A DNA stretch of 20,000 nt from an uncultured virus (IMG/VR IMGVR_UViG_2061766007_000905) (Duplodnaviria; Heunggongvirae; Uroviricota; Caudoviricetes): IMG/VR virus record IMGVR_UViG_2061766007_000905. One strand, written 5' to 3'. Of this stretch, positions 16,157 to 20,000 are shown piece after piece (positions within the stretch are counted from its first letter, which is position 1; each line of letters opens with the position of its first letter). The notes beneath the pieces are model-generated. The model had not been told where the DNA came from, did not search any database, and saw only the letters and a list, made by a program, of their open reading frames with translations. The translations under genes and the position numbers were made by a program.

Positions 16157-16191
16157 AAGGGATTGACAAAAGTCAATCCTTTTCCTATATT
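16155..16191 (+). promoter_or_regulatory. hairpin-embedded sigma70-type promoter/terminator
   Basis: TTGACA(16163)-N17-TATATT(16186); GGGATTGAC-aaaa-GTCAATCCTTTT. Confidence 0.85.
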
Positions 16192-16211
16192 ATTGATATC
16201 AAAGGTCGGAT

Positions 16212-16706
16212 ATGAAAAAAATTTTTTATTCTGGAACATATCGAGTTCAGCATCGTCTTATTACGGAAGAAAACGTCAAAGCCATGTTAAAAGATGATCT
16301 TCGTTCTATGCTCGTTGACAATATTGATGATGTCATTTATGCAAGTGAAGGCATAATAACGAAAAATCCCAATGTAACATATGTTGGTGGTTTTTATTAT
16401 GAAAAAGGCGAAGGCGCAACTGTGACGGAAAAAGTTGTCAATGCGGAACTTAGCCAGATTGAACGTGCTGATTTTGTAATTGTTAACCTTCTTGGCCATG
16501 CAGCTATTGGAAGCCTTGCTGAAATTATGTATGCGGCATCCATTAATAAGCCGATGGTTATTTTTGTCAAAAACGACAATAAGTTGTTTGACGTAACCGG
16601 GGAATATTGGTTTCCGTTATTAACGCTTAACAAAATGAATGTCGAATATATTTTGAAGAAAGTGGACAGCGAGCAAGAAATTATCGATTATATTATGAAT
16701 CTCTAA
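16212..16706 (+). CDS. nucleoside 2-deoxyribosyltransferase-like / nucleotide N-glycosidase-like protein
   Basis: QIERADFVIV...IGSLAEIMYAASINKPMVIF matches the NDT family pattern aD-vi...G-xx-E-xx-A-xxx-gKP. Confidence 0.7.
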   Translation: MKKIFYSGTYRVQHRLITEENVKAMLKDDLRSMLVDNIDDVIYASEGIITKNPNVTYVGGFYYEKGEGATVTEKVVNAELSQIERADFVIVNLLGHAAIGSLAEIMYAASINKPMVIFVKNDNKLFDVTGEYWFPLLTLNKMNVEYILKKVDSEQEIIDYIMNL

Positions 16707-16720
16707 TAAAAGGAATAACG

Positions 16721-17149
16721 ATGAATATCATTATCGAAGGCACAGACGGATGCGGTAAGACAACTACAATCGAAGCGTTGAAGACAATGTTTCCAAAGGC
16801 GAACTTCTCCGACCGTAACCACGACACTATCTGCAAATATATGTTGAAAGACGTCGACATGAAGACCCGTATTGACGCATATCAGGCTTTTTTAAAGGCA
16901 AATGATGTCAAGGTAGTATTCTTAATTAACAATGACGGCGAAGAGCTCCTAAGGCGTATTAAAACACGAAATAAGCCTATTTCGGATTTCGATTTGGAAG
17001 CGCCGCTTTATAATACGTTATACCGTGATACGTATGTTATCATGAAGGTCAATAATATGACGGAAGGAAAGCTGTTTATGGTTGACGTGACGGGTCTTTC
17101 TTTGTCTGAGCAGATTGACAAGGTAAAGAAAACGATTGAAACTTTTTAA
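16721..17149 (+). CDS. P-loop nucleoside monophosphate (thymidylate) kinase-like protein
   Basis: IIIEGTDGCGKTT, DR motif, ELLRRIKTR lid. Confidence 0.75.
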   Translation: MNIIIEGTDGCGKTTTIEALKTMFPKANFSDRNHDTICKYMLKDVDMKTRIDAYQAFLKANDVKVVFLINNDGEELLRRIKTRNKPISDFDLEAPLYNTLYRDTYVIMKVNNMTEGKLFMVDVTGLSLSEQIDKVKKTIETF

Positions 17150-17172
17150 TGATATAGAATTTCTTTTACATT

Positions 17173-17209
17173 GTTCAGGGTTTACAGCTCTGAACCTTTT
17201 TTCTATATT
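17173..17209 (+). promoter_or_regulatory. hairpin-embedded promoter/terminator, TTTACA variant
   Basis: TTTACA(17181)-N17-TATATT(17204); GTTCAGGG...CTCTGAAC stem then T tract. Confidence 0.75.
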
Positions 17210-17234
17210 AAAGATGTAAACGAGAGGTTTAAGA

Positions 17235-17786
17235 ATGGAATTAGTGACCGGTAATATTGTTAATACTGAACGTAAGTTCATCATCCGTCCGAATTCTAAT
17301 AACTATTGGCTATATCGTGATTGGATTCATCATCTTGGCGACGCTAAAGAAGACTATTGGATTGAACAGTTCTATATCGGTGACATCAAATACCGTTGTA
17401 TTACGGTAGAAGAATCAAGTGGCTCTTTCTTTGATGACGGTGAAACCGAAACAAAGGTTGTTGGTTACACCAAGAATGTCAAGAACGGTAATATAACCAA
17501 TGTAATGGAAATCAGCGAACAGGAATATAATGAAGCTTATAAGTATGCAGACTGTATCGTTTCTTATAAGAATCGTATGAGCTATGTGACAACCATGAAC
17601 GGGAATGAATTCCATATAGATGATGATTATTATACTACGACTGGTGAAACAATTATTGAAGTATCTGGCGAACATCTGGAAGAATTCAATCCGCCGGAAA
17701 TTTTCGAAGAAGTGACAGGCAATCCATATTATTCTGCTAAAGCAATTTATGACCGTCTTGTTGAATTCGTAAAACGAAACCGCTAA
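17235..17786 (+). CDS. CYTH (triphosphate tunnel metalloenzyme) domain protein
   Basis: ERKF, IEQFYI, EISEQEY, K-x-R, IIEV and EVTGNPYYS motifs. Confidence 0.8.
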   Translation: MELVTGNIVNTERKFIIRPNSNNYWLYRDWIHHLGDAKEDYWIEQFYIGDIKYRCITVEESSGSFFDDGETETKVVGYTKNVKNGNITNVMEISEQEYNEAYKYADCIVSYKNRMSYVTTMNGNEFHIDDDYYTTTGETIIEVSGEHLEEFNPPEIFEEVTGNPYYSAKAIYDRLVEFVKRNR

Positions 17787-17819
17787 ATTAACTATACAAC
17801 CATTAACAAAGGATAATAA

Positions 17820-18489
17820 ATGATTGAAATCACCGCAACAATCTTCGGTCTGCTTCAAGGCATGCTTGTCATGCTTAATAAGCGTTGTAACTGGATTTTT
17901 TATGTAATCCAGATGGTATTGATGATAGTCTTTTCTGCACAAAATCATCTTTATGGCGACGTAGTGAACAGCTCTGTTTATATCGTCATCGGCATNNNNN
18001 NNNNNCAACTGGATTTTTTATGTAATCCAGATGGTATTGATGATAGTCTTTTCTGTACAAAACCATCTTTATGGCGACGTAGTGAACAGCTCTGTTTATA
18101 TCGTCATCGGCATGATCGGCTGGTTTCTTTGGGGAAAAGACGTTGGACAAAAAGTAACAAAGGCAAGCATACTGGAAACGGTCATTTACTTGACGGTGAT
18201 GATTTTTGGTACAATCGGCGTTACAAAGTGGCTGTCTGGAACAGATGACCCTTTACCAACGTTAGATGCATTTACGACAGTTTCTTCTTTCGTGGCAACT
18301 ATCTTGATGGTAAGACATAAGATTGATACGTGGATTATCTGGTTCATAAATGATATTGCATATTGCATTGAATACTGGTTACTTCCAGATCAGGCATTAT
18401 ATTTGCTTGGCTTGAATTTCATATGGACAGGAATGGCAGTCGGATCTTTTATTATTTGGTTTAAGGAATTAAAAAAGGATATGGTATAA
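17820..18489 (+). CDS. pnuC: PnuC-family nicotinamide riboside/vitamin transporter; split by N-gap duplication
   Basis: Polytopic membrane protein with GWFLW, TDDPLPTLDAFTT and WIIWFINDI motifs; ~110 nt duplicated around gap 17996-18005. Confidence 0.85.
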
Positions 18490-18492
18490 AAT

Positions 18493-18927
18493 ATGGAAAT
18501 TTTTAATACTAAACGGGTATATCTTGAAGATAAGCCGATGACATTAGAACATATTATCAGGCTATACGACAGTGGAAAGCTCGACAAGAGTAATCTTTAT
18601 GTAAGCTGGGATTATCCGTCATATATTGAATCATTGTTGCTCGGTATCGACAATAACCATATTCTTATGTCCATCGGTACGATGAAGGACGGCGAATACC
18701 GTGTTGAAAAGGGCGATAATAAAATCGCCACGATTCTTAAGTTTGTAAAAGACGGGATGAAGCTCGAAGGCATGCAGTATTTTACTGAGCTTGAAGGAAT
18801 GACATATGACGAGCTTCCGCCGTTAAAATATAATGCTCTAATGGAGCATGTTTTTATCGTTAAACTAATTTCGCCGAGCAATAGTTTGGCTGTTACAGAA
18901 AATCTTATTAACCGTTTTGATTTTTAA
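18493..18927 (+). CDS. DUF262/ParB-like domain protein, degenerate
   Basis: W...YIESLLLGI...YRVEKGDNKIATILKF resembles DUF262 (IESLLLGxP...vIDGqQRLtti) but lacks DGQQR. Confidence 0.55.
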   Translation: MEIFNTKRVYLEDKPMTLEHIIRLYDSGKLDKSNLYVSWDYPSYIESLLLGIDNNHILMSIGTMKDGEYRVEKGDNKIATILKFVKDGMKLEGMQYFTELEGMTYDELPPLKYNALMEHVFIVKLISPSNSLAVTENLINRFDF

Positions 18928-18933
18928 TAAGGA

Positions 18934-19386
18934 ATGATTATGAATTACACAAAAGACGATTTAATCAACAATGACTATTTAATTAAAGACTGGGATGGCA
19001 AATCCATGGAAGTATTGGCCTGGAATAATGACCAAACGTTTGAGCCATGTAAGTATCAGTTACTCGGCATTCATTATGGTGAAGATGGATTTAAATGGGT
19101 TGTAAAAGTATATTATCAAGATGGTTGGGATAAGGCATATAAGGATTTCGTCGCAAGAGTGCCTACCGACTGGACGCCATATATTGAGCCGAAGCAGATT
19201 CCGTTATTCGAATGCGAAGTTGGCAAGCGTTACAGGGTAAAGGGCGTTTGTGGAATGGATTTTGATAGAATCATGTATTGTGTTCAAGCAGATCCTAATA
19301 AAGGCTATTTGTTCGGAACGACGATGGACGATACGAAACGTATTGGCGACGCCTGGATTAACGAAGTGTATATTTGTGAAAAGTGA
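18934..19386 (+). CDS. hypothetical protein
   Basis: 150 aa ORF, TAAGGA SD (start may be 18940). Confidence 0.8.
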   Translation: MIMNYTKDDLINNDYLIKDWDGKSMEVLAWNNDQTFEPCKYQLLGIHYGEDGFKWVVKVYYQDGWDKAYKDFVARVPTDWTPYIEPKQIPLFECEVGKRYRVKGVCGMDFDRIMYCVQADPNKGYLFGTTMDDTKRIGDAWINEVYICEK

Positions 19387-19391
19387 TAAAA

Positions 19392-19435
19392 AAATTATTT
19401 TTAGGGTTTACAAAACAAAAATAATTTACTATATT
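19392..19435 (+). promoter_or_regulatory. promoter of the leader-peptide/tRNA operon, within an inverted repeat
   Basis: GGG-TTTACA(19407)-N17-TATATT(19430); AAATTATTTTT(19392-19402)/AAAAATAATTT(19417-19427). Confidence 0.75.
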
Positions 19436-19497
19436 TAACAACGTAAAATAACGAAAAACAAGAAAATAAAAACATATATAATATAAAGGTTAAAACA

Positions 19498-19584
19498 ATG
19501 AACGTACTTAGTTTGAACATTCTCCTACTCAGTAGCCTGCTCCTCAGCTGGTTATTGCGTCGTAGTATAGTGGGAACTAGGTAG
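19498..19584 (+). CDS. attenuator leader peptide MNVLSLNILLLSSLLLSWLLRRSIVGTR (28 aa)
   Basis: AAAGGT SD 7 nt before ATG; 10 Leu codons covering all six synonyms, 5 AGY Ser, 1 TGG; TAG 19582-19584. Confidence 0.8.
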   Translation: MNVLSLNILLLSSLLLSWLLRRSIVGTR

Positions 19585-19623
19585 TTCGATTTTTTAGTCG
19601 TATGAAAGTTTAAAGGTTCCCAC
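19570..19623 (+). promoter_or_regulatory. antiterminator helix of the putative attenuator
   Basis: GTGGGAAC (19570-19577) is the exact reverse complement of GTTCCCAC (19616-19623), which overlaps the terminator 5' arm. Confidence 0.75.
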
Positions 19624-19645
19624 AAGTTGGGGACCTTAATTTTTT
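19613..19645 (+). terminator. intrinsic terminator (attenuator) immediately upstream of tRNA-Trp
   Basis: AAGGTTCCCA-caagt-TGGGGACCTT, then AA and TTTTTT (19640-19645). Confidence 0.8.
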
Positions 19646-19649
19646 ATAT

Positions 19650-19721
19650 AGCTCTATGTGGTAATTGGTAACCGAGGTGACTCCAAATCTCCTGTTCCCT
19701 GTTCGAATCGGGGTAGGGCTG
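19650..19721 (+). tRNA. tRNA-Trp(CCA)
   Basis: Acceptor AGCTCTA/TAGGGCT-G, anticodon arm GGTGA-CTCCAAA-TCTCC (one U-U), T arm CCCTG-TTCGAAT-CGGGG. Confidence 0.9.
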
Positions 19722-19725
19722 TAAA

Positions 19726-19815
19726 CGGTCTGTGATTGGAATTGGTATACAGCATCGGCTTAAACCCGGTGGCCGAGATAAGCGCGGATTGGGGGTTCGA
19801 GTCCCTTCAGACCGA
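19726..19815 (+). tRNA. tRNA-Leu(TAA)
   Basis: Acceptor CGGTCTG/CAGACCG-A, anticodon arm ATCGG-CTTAAAC-CCGGT, long variable arm, T arm GGGGG-TTCGAGT-CCCTT. Confidence 0.9.
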
Positions 19816-19823
19816 TAATATAA

Positions 19824-19905
19824 CGGTATGTGATGGAATGTATACATGCGGGCTTGAGAGGTCCGTGCCCGAAAGGGATTGGGAGTGCGAGTCTCCCCGT
19901 ACCGA
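19824..19905 (+). tRNA. tRNA-Leu(GAG), T loop variant TGCGAGT
   Basis: Acceptor CGGTATG/CGTACCG-A, anticodon arm CGGGC-TTGAGAG-GTCCG, variable arm CCC-GAAA-GGG. Confidence 0.88.
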
Positions 19906-19913
19906 TAACATAA

Positions 19914-19997
19914 CGTCAGGTGGAGTAATTGGTAGCCTCGCAAGAATGAGAGTCTTGTGGTAGAAATACCGTGAGGGTTCGAGTCCCTCTCTGACGA
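19914..19997 (+). tRNA. tRNA-Leu(GAG), second divergent copy
   Basis: Acceptor CGTCAGG/TCTGACG-A, anticodon arm CAAGA-ATGAGAG-TCTTG, variable arm GGTA-GAAA-TACC, T arm GAGGG-TTCGAGT-CCCTC. Confidence 0.88.
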
Positions 19998-20000
19998 TAA

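Noticed and set aside
856..18881. Many minus-strand ORFs in the track (e.g. 856-1233, 1551-2072, 4454-5062, 17415-18008) and plus-strand 14567-15031
   Set aside because: Antisense shadows of better-supported genes, with no SD or recognisable motifs
19498..19645. Type I toxin or membrane micropeptide reading of the Leu-rich 28 aa ORF; T-box reading of the leader
   Set aside because: The toxin reading is not excluded but is less parsimonious given the antiterminator complementarity and the matching Leu/Trp tRNAs downstream. No T-box consensus (GGTGGNACCGCG) is present.
19644..19963. ORFs 19644-19943 (-), 19736-19963 (+) and 19401-19625 (-)
   Set aside because: They overlap the tRNA genes and the attenuator, so are spurious

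Overview
AT-rich, gene-dense, almost entirely + strand segment of what looks like a large tailed (jumbo/T4-like) phage from a scaffolded assembly. It has six N gaps, four of them flanked by near-duplicate sequence, and uses the standard genetic code. It carries about 40 mostly small hypothetical CDSs and two tRNA clusters: Gly, Gly, Lys, a tRNA-like RNA, Lys, Gly, His at 3862-4453, and Trp, Leu, Leu, Leu at 19650-19997. Recognisable accessory genes are an EF-Ts N-terminal-like domain, an HD/(p)ppGpp-hydrolase-like protein, Pth2, shikimate dehydrogenase, a terminase ATPase domain without its nuclease, an M15 peptidase, an NDT-like protein, an NMP-kinase-like protein, CYTH, PnuC, a DUF262-like protein and an ART/Tpt1-like protein. 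A repeated element superimposes a terminator-like hairpin on a TTGACA-N17-TATATT promoter. The top finding is an apparently complete ribosome-mediated transcription attenuator at 19407-19645, directly upstream of the Trp/Leu/Leu/Leu tRNA genes. It consists of a promoter, a 28-codon leader peptide with 10 Leu codons (all six synonyms) and one Trp, and mutually exclusive antiterminator/terminator helices, so it is a candidate tRNA-demand sensor controlling phage tRNA supply. The second is a 91-nt tRNA-like RNA with alanine acceptor identity (G3-U70, A73) but no anticodon arm, resembling a minimal tmRNA tRNA-like domain. Protein calls come from motif recognition by eye; no searches were run.
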